A stretch of DNA of 64,000 nucleotides, taken from positions 2,592,001 to 2,656,000 of the forward strand of contig OY969763.1 in NCBI GenBank assembly GCA_963702845.1. Reading direction: 5' to 3'. A model generated the notes under the pieces. The model was given only the letters and a program-made list of their open reading frames with translations. It was not told where the DNA came from and ran no database searches. Position numbers and translations under genes: made by a program. The DNA comes from an uncultured Verrucomicrobiae bacterium. GTDB taxonomy: Bacteria > Verrucomicrobiota > Verrucomicrobiia > Limisphaerales > Palsa-1400. Below are positions 7,959 through 19,192 of the stretch, piece by piece; the stretch's first letter is position 1; the number at the start of each line of letters is the position of its first letter.

Positions 7959-8756
7959 ATGAAATTACGCTGTTTTAAACAATCAAAGCCCATCATCGGC
8001 ATGATCCACGTCGGCGCTCTGCCGGGCACGCCGCGCAATCGGGAACCGTTGAGCAAGATCATCAAGAGCGCGGTCGCGGAAGCGAAGATTTACCGGCAGT
8101 GCGGCATCGATGGCATCGCAATTGAAAACATGCACGACGTGCCCTTTTTGCGCAGCGCGGTCGGCCCGGAGATTACGGCCGCGATGGCTTTGGTCGGAGC
8201 AGCGGTGAAGACGGAGTTCGGCGGGTGTGTGGGCGTGCAGGTTCTGGCGGGTGCGAATAAGGAAGCGATGGCGGTGGCGCACACGGCAGGACTCGATTGG
8301 GTGCGCGCGGAAGGTTTCGTTTTCGGGCATGTCGCGGATGAAGGCTACATCGAATCGTGCGCGGCGGAGTTGTTGCGTTATCGCAAACAGATCGGCGCGG
8401 AGAAGATCGAGGTTTGGACGGATATCAAAAAGAAACATTCTTCGCACGCGATCACGGCTGACGTGTCGCTCGCTGAGACGGCGCATGCGGCGGAGTTTTT
8501 TGACGCCGACGCGGTCATCGTTACCGGAAACATGACCGGCGCTTTGCCCTTGCCTGATGATTGCCAGGCGGCGCGGGATGGTTGCGAGTTACCGGTGGTG
8601 ATTGGCTCAGGGATCGACGAGCAAACTGTGCGCGAATTTTTGCACATGGCCGATGCGTTTATTGTCGGCTCGTATTTTAAGAAAGATGGGAAATGGTCTA
8701 ATGGCGTTGAAGCCAAGAGAGTAAGTGGGTTGTTGAAGGCGGCGCGAGGTCGGTGA
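7959..8756 (+). CDS. BtpA/SgcQ family protein
   Basis: IIGMIHVGALPGTP, ENMHDVPF, DIKKKHS, IVGSYFKKDG motifs; ATG at 7959. Confidence 0.9.
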   Translation: MKLRCFKQSKPIIGMIHVGALPGTPRNREPLSKIIKSAVAEAKIYRQCGIDGIAIENMHDVPFLRSAVGPEITAAMALVGAAVKTEFGGCVGVQVLAGANKEAMAVAHTAGLDWVRAEGFVFGHVADEGYIESCAAELLRYRKQIGAEKIEVWTDIKKKHSSHAITADVSLAETAHAAEFFDADAVIVTGNMTGALPLPDDCQAARDGCELPVVIGSGIDEQTVREFLHMADAFIVGSYFKKDGKWSNGVEAKRVSGLLKAARGR

Positions 8757-8762
8757 CTTTTT

Positions 8763-8871
8763 CGGAGTGCGCCCGTCTCGGGCGCAGCAACGTAAAACTC
8801 ACCGCGGGGTTAATTCGAACGTTCAGTCGATGCTTGGCACTGCTGCGGGCGAGGTCCCCGTCCGCACTCCG
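8763..8871. repeat. REP doublet (CGGAGTGCGCCCGTCTCGGGCGCAGC family)
   Basis: CGGAGTGCG ... CGCACTCCG inverted termini; overlaps the 3' end of the permease ORF. Confidence 0.65.
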
Positions 8872-10461
8872 GAAACCGTTTCAGTATGCGCGGCTGTCGC
8901 GGCTCTGCTGCCCTTGGTGAAGGACAGCACGAAGATCATCGCGGCGAGCACTAGGTAAGCGGAGGTGAATTGGTATGGCACAAGGCGCGTGGGATCGGTG
9001 AGGTGCCATGGGAAATACATGTTGCCGTCGGGCATGGCCGAATGGATGACGCCGAAGAATGTGAACGCCGCGAGGACGAAACAGTAGATGACGGCTTGTC
9101 GTAACGTGCCGTTGATGAGGCAAGCGATGAGCGCGCCCCAAAGCATGCCGGTCAATATGAAACCGTTGCCGAGCGCGACGATGATTTGCAAATCGGGCAA
9201 ACCTTTTTCCACTTTGACAATCAGGGTGGCGAAGGTCGCGGCAGGCAACCACATGCCTAATTTGATTTGGAGCAGTCGAGCGACAGTTGGGAAAAAAGAG
9301 AACGCAACGGCCGGCGCGTGTTTTGGTGGTGAGGCGAGGAACGCCTGGCAGATGATGTCCAGCGCGACGAAGATCAGAATGGGCGCGAGCACGGCGCGCG
9401 GGATGAGGTCGACGATGAAGCTTAGATAGCCGAGGATTCCGCCAAGACCAACGAAGACTCCAGTGAAAATCGTGTAGCCTATGCGGCTGCCCATCGCTTT
9501 GTACGCCGGTTGGCCGATGTATGGTGTGCTTTGCGCAACGCCACCGAAGACGCCGGCGAGCAACGTCGCGCAGGCTTCGACAAGGAGAATGTCGCGGGTC
9601 TTGTAGTCGTCGCCAGCGACGCGGGCACTTTCGTTGACGTTAACACCGCCGACGACGGTGAGCAGTCCGAACGGAATGGCGATGGGCAAATATTTGAGTG
9701 CCTCGCGAAAACCGTGGACGAAGCCGAGTGTTGGCTGTGGCATTGCGAAATGGAGGTTATCCATTTTCGGATGCGCCATCTCGACACCCCAAATGCCAAA
9801 GTGGCCGAGCGCATAATATATAATGGTGCCGAACCCGACGGCGATGAAGCACGCCGGGCGCATTGCCGGGCAATCGGCGTTGCGCGACGAGGTTGTAGAG
9901 GATGAGGCCGAGTGAAATCATCCCGACAACCGGCAGGCTGAAAATATCCTGCAGCGGCAGGAAGCCGATGAGCGCGAGGCCAATGCCGGCGAGTGAACCG
10001 AGCAGGCCGGCTTGTGGAACGATTTTTTGGACCCAGCCGCCAAAGAACGAGAGCACGAGTTTGAGCGTGCCGATCATGATCATGGTGGCCATGCCGACTT
10101 GCCATGTGAGAATGGCAGCGTCGTGTTCGGCCATGCCGCGTTGTTTCAGCGCGACAAAGCATGGCCCGAGAACCGTGAGCGCGAGACCGATGGTCGATGG
10201 AGTATCGAGCCCAAGCGGCATGGCGGTGACATTGGGGTTGCCGGTGCGCTGGCGCAATTTCACCGCCATCCAGGTGTAACAAAGATTGCCGAACAAAACC
10301 GCCAGCGCGGTGCCGGGCAGCATGCGTTGATAAACGATGTCAGCAGGGAATTGAAAAGCGAAGATGAGAATGCCCGCGAGGAACGACAAAACGGTGACGT
10401 TGTCAAACATCAGGCCGAAGAAGCCGTTGACGTCTCCCGCGGCGAACCATTTTTTGTTCAT
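8823..10461 (-). CDS. NCS2/AzgA-like xanthine/uracil permease, frameshift near 9850
   Basis: ORFs 9757..10566 (WFAAGDVNGFFGL, AMPLGLDTPST) and 8823..9863 (ESARVAGDDY, TPYIGQPAYKAMG) join into one protein. Confidence 0.85.
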
Positions 10462-10587
10462 GTCGGTTGGAGTTATGACGTGTCGTTTCTTAACACTACG
10501 CGCGCATCGGGTCAATTGACGATTGACGGTGACGCGAGCCGAGGCGTAGTCTCGGAAACGTCCCATAAGTGTAATTAACGACTGTTT

Positions 10588-11439
10588 ATGAAAAAAGTTT
10601 TAAAAAACGCTTCGTTGCTCATCGCGCTCGCCATCATTGGTGGCTGTTCTGAACAAGCCACCAACGATTCTCCGGCTGCAGACAAGGACAGCGTCGTCCT
10701 TCGCGGCTCGAACACCGTCGGCGAAGAACTCGCGCCGCGATTGATCCAGGAATATTCGAAGGCACATCAGGGCGTGAAGTTCGACACGGAGTTTAAAGGC
10801 TCCAGCTACGGACTCGGCGCGTTGATGGTGGACCGTTGCGACGTGGCGGCAACTTCGCGCGTGGTGAACACAAACGACGTCGCGTTCGGCAAAGATCGCA
10901 ATGTTAATTTCGAAGACCATTCGATTGGCGCTTACGCGGTCGGCGTCGTGGTGAATGCGCAAAATCCGACGGCGAATTTGAGCCGCCAACAGGTACACGA
11001 TATTTTCGTGGGCACCATCAAAAACTGGAACGAAGTCGGCGGACCGGATGCGCCAATCAATATTTATATCCGTAATCCTGTGTCCGGCACGCATATGGGA
11101 TTTCAGGAATTGGCCCTGGGCACAAATTCGTATGCGCTGAATGCCAAGACGTTCATCGATTACAAGGCGCTTGTGGCGGCGATCAAAAATGATCCAAACG
11201 GGATTGGCTATTCCAGCCTGAAGACGGCAACAGAAGGCGGCGCGAAATTGGTTTCGGTCGACAACATCGCACCAAGTGACCAAGCGGTGCAAAAGGGTTC
11301 ATATCCTTACGCGCGCGGCTTGCACCTCTACACCAACAAGAATCACGACAAAAAAGCGGCGTTGGACTTCATCAATTACGTGACCTCGGCGGACGGGCAG
11401 AAGGTGCTCGCCGAAATGGATTTTGTTCCGCATTCTTAA
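10588..11439 (+). CDS. PstS-family phosphate-binding lipoprotein
   Basis: Lipobox; RGSNTV, GSSYG, SGT and NGIGY motifs of the PBP/PstS domain. Confidence 0.85.
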   Translation: MKKVLKNASLLIALAIIGGCSEQATNDSPAADKDSVVLRGSNTVGEELAPRLIQEYSKAHQGVKFDTEFKGSSYGLGALMVDRCDVAATSRVVNTNDVAFGKDRNVNFEDHSIGAYAVGVVVNAQNPTANLSRQQVHDIFVGTIKNWNEVGGPDAPINIYIRNPVSGTHMGFQELALGTNSYALNAKTFIDYKALVAAIKNDPNGIGYSSLKTATEGGAKLVSVDNIAPSDQAVQKGSYPYARGLHLYTNKNHDKKAALDFINYVTSADGQKVLAEMDFVPHS

Positions 11440-11442
11440 GGC

Positions 11443-11883
11443 GTGTCCGCAAAGCATCTGTTACCTGAAATCAAGCCGGCGCCGCCTCATGGACATTGGG
11501 TCCGTTTTTTGCCGGACGAAGAACCGGTGCTCGTGCAGAAGGGCCACTGGATTGGCTTCGATCTGGATGGGACGCTAAGTCGCACGGATAATCCCGGGCA
11601 TTTCGAACCGCCCTACCCGATCGGTGAACCGTTCTCTGAAATGTTGGACGTGGTGAGCGCGTTAAAGAATGCGGGTGTGCAGGTTAAAATTTTCACCGCA
11701 CGCGCCTGTGAACCAAGCAACGTGCCATTGGTGAAGGCTTGGGCGCAAAAGCACGGCCTGGGTGATCTCGATGTAACGCACCAGAAGGATTACGATTTAT
11801 TGCGCTTTTACGATGATCGCGCGATTCAAATCCGTTGGCCGGGCACGATGATTACCAGCCCCCTCAAGAGCCAGCACGTTTAA
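11443..11883 (+). CDS. HAD-superfamily small phosphatase-like protein
   Basis: WIGFDLDGTL motif I, IFTAR motif II, YDDRA motif IV. Confidence 0.75.
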   Translation: MSAKHLLPEIKPAPPHGHWVRFLPDEEPVLVQKGHWIGFDLDGTLSRTDNPGHFEPPYPIGEPFSEMLDVVSALKNAGVQVKIFTARACEPSNVPLVKAWAQKHGLGDLDVTHQKDYDLLRFYDDRAIQIRWPGTMITSPLKSQHV

Positions 11884-11938
11884 CCGCACACTGCACAAGA
11901 TTCTTGGCAAATGGCGGGTCGCAATGTTGAATGACGCG

Positions 11939-14894
11939 ATGAAATGTTGGTTTTGTGCCCTACTGCTTTCTCCGATTCTCGCGCTTGCCGCCGAGCTTTC
12001 CGATAAAGACCTGCCGCGTTATCCTGCGATCCCGTGCGACAAGGCCGTCGAGTCAATCAAGATCAAGACCGGTTTCAAAGTCGAGCTCATCGCGTGCGAG
12101 CCGTTGGTGACAGACCCGATTGCGCTCTCGATCGATGAGAACGGCAAGATGTATGTCGTGCAGATGAATGATTATTCTGAGTTGCGCGACGTTCATCCGC
12201 ACCTCGGCAAAATCGTTGTGCTAGAAGATACCGATGGCGACGGCAAATACGACAAGTCGCACGTGTTTGCGGATGATTTGCCGTGGCCGACGGGCGTGTT
12301 TTGTTACGACGGAGGAATTTTCGTCGCGGCTTCGCCCGATATCATTTACTTGAAGGACACGAAAGGCACGGGCAAGGCGGACGTTCGCAAAGTCATCTAC
12401 AGCGGATTTGGCACGAAGAAAGATAAGTTGAACGTGCAAGCGCTGGTTAATGGATTTAATTGGGGTTTGGACAACCGAATTCATGGTTTGGCGGCGGGCA
12501 ACGGTGGTTTTGTGACGAATGTTGCGCTCCCGAACTCAAAGCCGCTCGACTTGGAGCGCCGCAATTATTCTTTTAACCCGCACACTTACGAATGGCGCGC
12601 GGAAGCCGGCGGCGGACAGTATGGACTGGGCTTCGACTCGCGCGGGCGCAAGTTCACGTGCAGCAACGCCGACCATATCGACACGTTCATGTATGAGCTT
12701 CGATATGATCGCAACCCGCTTTATTCCATGCCGGCGTCGATGGTGTCGATTCCGGTCGACGGTGGAGCCGCGGAAGTTTTTCGGATCAGCCCTGAAGAAC
12801 CGTGGCGGCAGGTTCGGACGAAGTGGCGCGTCAGCGGTGTGCATCCAGGGATGATTGAAGGCGGGGGCAAGGCTTCCGGTTATTTCACCAGCGCGTGCGG
12901 CATCACGATGTATCAAGGCGATATGTTCCCGGATGGATTTGAGGACAACGCGTTCATCGCGGAACCTTCGGGCAATCTTGTCAGCCGGAAACTGGTCTCG
13001 CACGTTTCGCCGGAGACGGTCGCGCTAAAAGCGGAACGCGCACCTGACGAAAAAACGAATGAATTTCTGGCGTCGCCGGATTTGTGGTGCCGCCCGGTGC
13101 TGTTCGCAAATGCTCCCGATGGCAGCCTTTATCTCATCGATATGTATCGCGAGATCATCGAGCACCCGTGGTCCTTGCCTGAGGAGTTGAAGGCGAAGTT
13201 GGACCTCAACAGCGGCAATGATCGTGGCCGCATCTATCGGATTATACCGGACAACTTTAAACAACGTCCGTTCCGTCCGTTGGGCAAAGCGTCCACTGCT
13301 GAACTCGTGTCGACTTTGGACGATGCGAATGGTTGGTATCGCGATACGGCAGCGCGTTTGCTGTACCAACGGCAGGACAAATCCGCGGCTCCTGCGCTCG
13401 CGAAATTGTTGATGGATGGCAATCGTTATGGACGGTTGCACGCGTTGCACGCCCTGGATGGATTGGGTGTGTTGCGCCAGAGCCACGTCATTGCTGCGAT
13501 GGGCGATTCGGATTGGACAGTGCGAGCGCATGCGATCGAGCTTTCGGAAAAGTTTTTGAAAAAGCCGAGCACACAGCTTTGGACGCGACTGGCGTCGTTG
13601 ACTTCGGACAGCTCGCCTGAGGTGCGTTATCAATTGGCGTTCACGCTCGGCGAGACAACCAAGCCGGAACGAATCAAATTGTTGGAAGAGATTATCGCGC
13701 GCAGCCCATCGGATTCGTGGATGCAAGCAGCGGTGTTCAGTTCGCTGGCACAGGGTGCCGGTGAAATGTTCACGATGGCGGCGGCTGATCCGCAGTTTCG
13801 CGATGGCGGGAAGGATTTTATCCGCCAACTGGTCGAGTTGATCGGAGCGAAGAATAATTCGGATGAAGTGAAGCAAGTGATTGGCTATCTCGCGTCTGGC
13901 AACGATCCGGCGTTGAGTTTCGCGGCGGTGCGAGGGCTTGGCAAAGGACTGCAACGATCGGGGACTTCTCTGGCGGCAGTCGATACGGATGGAAAGATGG
14001 CGACGATCATGAAATCGGCTGAGGAAACAGTCGCGAATTCACAGGCTGACGCGAAGCAGCGCGTGCAGGCGATTCAACTTCTCGGCGAAACGAGCTTTGA
14101 TCGTGTGGGCACGAAACTTCTTTCGTTGTTGAATTTGGATGAACCCGAGGCGGTGCAGTTGGCGGCGTTGTCGACCGTGGCGAAGTTTTCAAATCCGCAG
14201 ATTGCATCTGACCTGACGAATCGTTGGGCAACGCTGACGCCGCGCGTGCGGGCCGAAGCGCTGAACGTGTTACTGTCACGCCCGCAACGCGCGTTGGTGT
14301 TGCTACAGGCGGTGCAGGGCAAGATCGTTGGCCGCGCTGAACTCACGACTGCGCAAATCAAGTTTTTGAACAATAGCCGCGACAAGAACGTGCGCACGGA
14401 AGCGCAGAAAGTTTTGGCCGGACTAAATGTGGCTAAGCGCCAGGATGTCGTGAACCAATTTATGCCTGCGCTTAGCCTAAAGGGAGACGCGGCGCACGGT
14501 AAGAAACTGTACGAAGAACGTTGTTCCTCGTGCCATCGTCTCGGCGGCGAAGGGCATGCACTTGGGCCTGACCTGGTCACGGTGCAGGCGACCGGCAAAG
14601 AGAAAATGCTCGGAAACATTTTGGATCCGAACCGCGAAGTGGCGCCGCAATTCCAGGCTTATGAAGTGGAGTTGAAAGATGGCGACAGCTTGATTGGGTT
14701 GGTCGGCAATGAAACGGCTTCGAGCATCACCGGTACGACAGGCGTTCGGCAAAGAAGAAGTTGTGCCGCGTTCGAACATCGCGCGTATTCGTAATCAAAA
14801 TCAATCGCTCATGCCCGAAGGGCTTGAAGCGGGTTTCAAACCGCAAGACGTCGCGGATTTGTTGGAATACGTTTCCACCGCGAAAGGGAACTAA
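11939..14894 (+). CDS. PVC-type heme-binding CxxCH protein (membrane-bound dehydrogenase domain), frameshift near 14735
   Basis: EPLVTDP, LEDTDGDG, DMYREIIEHP, HEAT repeats, CSSCH; C-terminus SLMPEGLE is in ORF 14694..14894. Confidence 0.88.
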
Positions 14895-14901
14895 CGCGTT
14901 C

Positions 14902-16494
14902 ATGAACGCGGACTCGGGCAAGAACGCTTTGATCGTTTTCGAGGACGAGCATTTGCTGGTGATCAACAAACCAGCCGGGCTCAACACTCACGCGCCGAGT
15001 CCGTACGCAGGTGAGGGCATTTATGAATGGCTCAAGAACCGTGAACCTCGTTGGGCGCGGCTCGCGATTATTCATCGGCTCGACAAAGATACTTCGGGGC
15101 TGATGGTGTTTGGGAAATCCAGCATTGCAAACAAATCCCTGACAGCGCAGTTCGCCACGCGGCGTGTTCGTAAAGCTTACATTCTCGTCACGGACAAACC
15201 TGTCTCGTTTCAGCAGTTCACGGCGCGAACTAAACTCGTTCGGATCAACGAACGTTATGCGAGCAGTAAGGAAAAGGGGGATTTGGCTGAGACAGTGTTT
15301 CGAAAACTTCCGCCTCAGAATGACAATCCGTGCCTGACGTGGGTTGAAGCACAGCCGCTCACAGGGCGCACGCATCAGATTCGGGTTCACGCGACGGAGA
15401 AAGGGTTTGCGATTTTGGGCGATCCAATTTACGCCGGGTCCCCTGCTCCACGGCTGTGTTTGCATGCAGCAGAATTGAGCTTTGAACATCCAGCTACTCG
15501 GAAAATTGTCAGCTTCAAAGCCGAACCGAATTTCTTCGAAAACCCACGGCTTGCGATTCGGCAGCAGCTAATCGATCCGCAATTGACGAATGCGTTTCGT
15601 GTCATCCATGGCGCCGCCGACGGCAATGCCGGTTTGTTTGTGGAACGATTTGGCGATTGGTTGCTGGCGCAATCGGAACGGCCTCTTACGTCGCAACAGC
15701 AGACACAACTGGCAACGCTCCTGCGCGATCTGTCGTGCCGGGGCGTTTATCACAAGCTGCTCAGGAAAGAAGTGCAGAAGGCCGGGTCGGATGCGTCGCC
15801 ACAGCTCATTTGTGGTGATGCCGCGCCAACGCAATGGACGATTCGCGAAAATGGAGTGCAATACGCCATTCGCTTCAGCGAAGGTTATTCGGTTGGAATT
15901 TTTCTGGATCAGCGCGACAACCGTCGCCGATTGCAAAGCGGATACATTGCGCCGGAATTTGCGTTGCCGGCTCGAGGTGAAATTCTGAATTCATTCGCAT
16001 ACACGTGCGCCTTTTCTGTGGCGGCCGCGAAGGCAGGCCATCGTGTAACCAGTCTTGATCTGTCACGAGGCTATCTCGAATGGGGCAAAGAAAACTTCCA
16101 ATTAAACGGCCTCGACCCTGCGCAGCACGACTTTATTTATGGTGACGCATTCGATTGGTTTCGGCGGCTGGCGAAACAGAATCGGCTGTTTGATGGGGTG
16201 TTGTTGGATCCGCCAACCTTTTCGCGGTCGAAGGAAGGGACGTTCCAGGCTGAAAAAGATTACGGGAAATTGGTCGCGGCGGCGCTGCCACTAATTAAGC
16301 GCAACGGCGTGCTATTTGCTTCGACGAATGCAGCGAAGTTGAAGCCGGAAGACTATTTGAAAAGCATCGCGCAATCGGTCGCCAGCGCGAACCGCAAGAT
16401 CGTGCAGCAGCACTATGTCCCGCAAACACCGGATTTCCCGATTACTCGGGAGCAGCCGGGTTATCTGAAGACGGTTTGGATGCGCCTGAGCTGA
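14902..16494 (+). CDS. RluA-family pseudouridine synthase fused to an RlmI/RlmK-like SAM methyltransferase
   Basis: INKPAG, HRLDKDTSG and GRTHQIRVH, followed by GIFLDQRDNRR, LNSFAYT and LLDPPTF. Confidence 0.88.
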   Translation: MNADSGKNALIVFEDEHLLVINKPAGLNTHAPSPYAGEGIYEWLKNREPRWARLAIIHRLDKDTSGLMVFGKSSIANKSLTAQFATRRVRKAYILVTDKPVSFQQFTARTKLVRINERYASSKEKGDLAETVFRKLPPQNDNPCLTWVEAQPLTGRTHQIRVHATEKGFAILGDPIYAGSPAPRLCLHAAELSFEHPATRKIVSFKAEPNFFENPRLAIRQQLIDPQLTNAFRVIHGAADGNAGLFVERFGDWLLAQSERPLTSQQQTQLATLLRDLSCRGVYHKLLRKEVQKAGSDASPQLICGDAAPTQWTIRENGVQYAIRFSEGYSVGIFLDQRDNRRRLQSGYIAPEFALPARGEILNSFAYTCAFSVAAAKAGHRVTSLDLSRGYLEWGKENFQLNGLDPAQHDFIYGDAFDWFRRLAKQNRLFDGVLLDPPTFSRSKEGTFQAEKDYGKLVAAALPLIKRNGVLFASTNAAKLKPEDYLKSIAQSVASANRKIVQQHYVPQTPDFPITREQPGYLKTVWMRLS

Positions 16495-17770
16495 GGCGCT
16501 CACGAGTCATCGATTGGGAAATAAAACTTGGACCTTTGGGAGCGCTCGATTTTCTAACAAAGAAAATGATTAGACCAACCAACAGCGCCAACACTCCAGA
16601 TCCGGCCGCGATCCACATTGTTTTCGGTTGAGCGGGAGTGACGACGGCTTGAGCGGGCGTGACCGACGGTGCAGACGCGGTTGTCGGCATTGCCACGGCG
16701 GAATTTGACGCGGGCGCAGACGCTGCGGCAAGGGGTGTGTTTATTTTAGCAACAACGGCGACGGGAGCGGAGGTTGCGGTAGCAGGCTGCGTGATGGGAA
16801 CAACCGCATTCGATTGGACTGACGGTGGTGTCACAGCTATGGGCTTTGCAACAGTCGTCGGTGTTACGATAGGAGCGTTCGTCGTGCTCTCTGCTTTTGC
16901 AACGGCAGCAGCGTTTGTCGCGGACTGCTGTGTCACTGGAGTGGCGGTGACAGCATTGGTTTGCGCTGCTTGAACAGCGGCGATTGCGGCATTCGACTTC
17001 TGTTGAATCAAATCGGGTGAAGGACCGACGTGAATAATCAGCGGCGGTTTTTTCTCCAGGGGGGCTGGGGCGACTACTTCGGCTGGGGCCGGAATGCTTT
17101 GAGGCACCTGTGAAGCGGCGGTTTCTTTTTCCATCACTTCAGGTAGCCGGATTTTAGCGTCTGCGGGGTTAACCGTAAAATCGGCCAGCGCACCTTTGCG
17201 TACTGCGAGGAGCGTCACGAATGGAATGTGTTGTTTACGAAAACCGTCGCGGAATTCTTTTTGTAACTGATCAATTTCGTTATCGAAGGGCAGGCCGGTG
17301 AGACGATCATTCCCAGTCGTTATCCAGATGATCGTCAACTTTTGTGAAGCTTTGACGATGTTTTGCAATAGAGGCAAGGCTTTGCTGAGGTCAGAACGAT
17401 GGACAAATTTTTGCTTGGACATCCAGAACTCGATGGCGCTCTCGACATCTTGAACATGCTCGTTTCGCCAGATGACCATTGGGAAATCGGTGGTCAACTT
17501 GTCATTGTAGGTCCACAGGCCAACCGTATCGCCATACTTCATCTGGCCATTCAGTCCGGATTCAATGATGGAACGAATAGATTTTCTTAGGACCGTCTTG
17601 TCGGCATCCATCGCCTGGCTGGTTTCGATGAGGAAAAGAAATCGACCTCCCTGTTTCTCGGGAACAGCTTTTTCAGGCGTCGTTGTTTCGGGGGCCGCAA
17701 AGAGTGACACACGCAGCCCGATGAAGAGCGCGGCGCAAAGGAGGTAAAGGCAAAACCGTAGGTTCTTCAT
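16442..17770 (-). CDS. Secreted/membrane protein: vWA-like N-domain, Ala/Pro/Thr linker, C-terminal TM
   Basis: Signal peptide, FLFLIETSQAM (degenerate MIDAS-like), low-complexity linker, TM plus basic tail. Confidence 0.6.
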   Translation of the reverse strand: MKNLRFCLYLLCAALFIGLRVSLFAAPETTTPEKAVPEKQGGRFLFLIETSQAMDADKTVLRKSIRSIIESGLNGQMKYGDTVGLWTYNDKLTTDFPMVIWRNEHVQDVESAIEFWMSKQKFVHRSDLSKALPLLQNIVKASQKLTIIWITTGNDRLTGLPFDNEIDQLQKEFRDGFRKQHIPFVTLLAVRKGALADFTVNPADAKIRLPEVMEKETAASQVPQSIPAPAEVVAPAPLEKKPPLIIHVGPSPDLIQQKSNAAIAAVQAAQTNAVTATPVTQQSATNAAAVAKAESTTNAPIVTPTTVAKPIAVTPPSVQSNAVVPITQPATATSAPVAVVAKINTPLAAASAPASNSAVAMPTTASAPSVTPAQAVVTPAQPKTMWIAAGSGVLALLVGLIIFFVRKSSAPKGPSFISQSMTRERLSSGASKPSSDNPAAPE

Positions 17771-18237
17771 TTGGGCATTTTGAATTTCTGGCGCTCGCGC
17801 CGATTTCGGTCAGTGATTTCCCGCTGCTGTTCTTTCAATGCGCTCTCGATATCCTGGATAAAATTCAGACAGCTCGAGGCCATGCCGCCGAAGGATAGAA
17901 CTGTGTCACGCTCTTTGAAATCATCGGTCACCACCAATACTTCGCCGTATGCGCCAAGGCGCGTTGCGACTCGTTCGATGATGTCGTCGGCGGTTTGGCC
18001 GGCGCCTGAATAGAGGACTTCCAGTTCGGGCGTGGAAATTGGTTTGGGAGTTCCGGGCGGCGCCCCTGCTCCATCAAACACAATGGTGATGGGAGTGCCG
18101 ATGGCGTCGCGATACTGCGTGAGCCAATGGATCAACTCATCACGGGCCGTAGCGGAATGCCGCGCCTTGCCGGGCGCGAGTTCCGGCCAGTTGTGCAGCA
18201 GGCTATAGCCGTCGACGAGTATGCGCACCAGTGGCAT
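17767..18237 (-). CDS. YacP-like NYN domain RNase
   Basis: ILVDGYSLLH, IVFDG, TADDIIER, VVTDD. Confidence 0.88.
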   Translation of the reverse strand: MPLVRILVDGYSLLHNWPELAPGKARHSATARDELIHWLTQYRDAIGTPITIVFDGAGAPPGTPKPISTPELEVLYSGAGQTADDIIERVATRLGAYGEVLVVTDDFKERDTVLSFGGMASSCLNFIQDIESALKEQQREITDRNRRERQKFKMPK

Positions 18238-18589
18238 GCAGCATGGTATGCCGGATTTGCCCGAGAGAATAGAGATTTTGCAAAAAGCAGCATTTGTGAG
18301 GGAACGCCGTTCAACGCAGTCGGCAACCTTGCGATGGCCAATTGCCGCACTACGCCTAGTTTCCAAAATTAGAAGAATTGATAAAGTCGGAGTCGACCCA
18401 AGGGAAGAGACGGAGGGTAATGTGCAGTTTAGAGAACAGGGATGGTCGGGAATTGAAAAAGTTGAATTAGCTGTAATCGTCGCACTTGCGTCATTGCTTT
18501 TGTATTTAATCGTGACGTAAACGAAGTGTTTTCATAGACAAAGCCAGCATCGGCACATACGATGCCGCGCAGAAGTCGCAGCCGCGTCT

Positions 18590-19189
18590 ATGAGTATCGA
18601 ACTGCAAGAAAAAGTGCTGGTTGTTCCCAGCGAAATCATCAATTCGCTTTGTCCGAAGCCGTTTTCGCGGAATACCGAGGGCGTCATCGATGCCGCGATT
18701 AAAAACGCGCAGTTTCTCGCGCGCAAAATCGCCGAGACAGATTTCAATTTTAAACAAATAATTCCATACGTGCTGGTTCGGCATGAGAACTGTTACGTGT
18801 TGATGCGGCGCACGACCAAACAAACGGAAGCGCGCCTGCACGATAAATATTCCATCGGCGTCGGTGGTCATATCAATGACGAGGACATGGCGAAGGGAAT
18901 TGAGAACATCATCCAGCACGGGATGCGGCGCGAGATTGAGGAGGAGATGCTCATCAAATCAGAGCAGTCGTGCGAATTGGTTGGTGTCATCAATGACAAT
19001 TCCAGCGAGGTATCCCGCGTCCACATGGGGCTGGTTTACGTGCTGACCACGGGTACGGCGGAGTTCGAGATCGCAGAGAAGGACAAATACACTGCGAATT
19101 GGGCGAGTTTAGAAGAGATGGCTGCGGTCTACGACAAGATGGAATCGTGGACGCAGATTGTTTACGACAATTTGTTGAAGCGAAGCTAG
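18590..19189 (+). CDS. NUDIX-family phosphoesterase (YmaB-like)
   Basis: KQIIPYV, SIGVGGHIN, RREIEEE, VHMGLV, MESW. Confidence 0.85.
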   Translation: MSIELQEKVLVVPSEIINSLCPKPFSRNTEGVIDAAIKNAQFLARKIAETDFNFKQIIPYVLVRHENCYVLMRRTTKQTEARLHDKYSIGVGGHINDEDMAKGIENIIQHGMRREIEEEMLIKSEQSCELVGVINDNSSEVSRVHMGLVYVLTTGTAEFEIAEKDKYTANWASLEEMAAVYDKMESWTQIVYDNLLKRS

Positions 19190-19192
19190 AAG

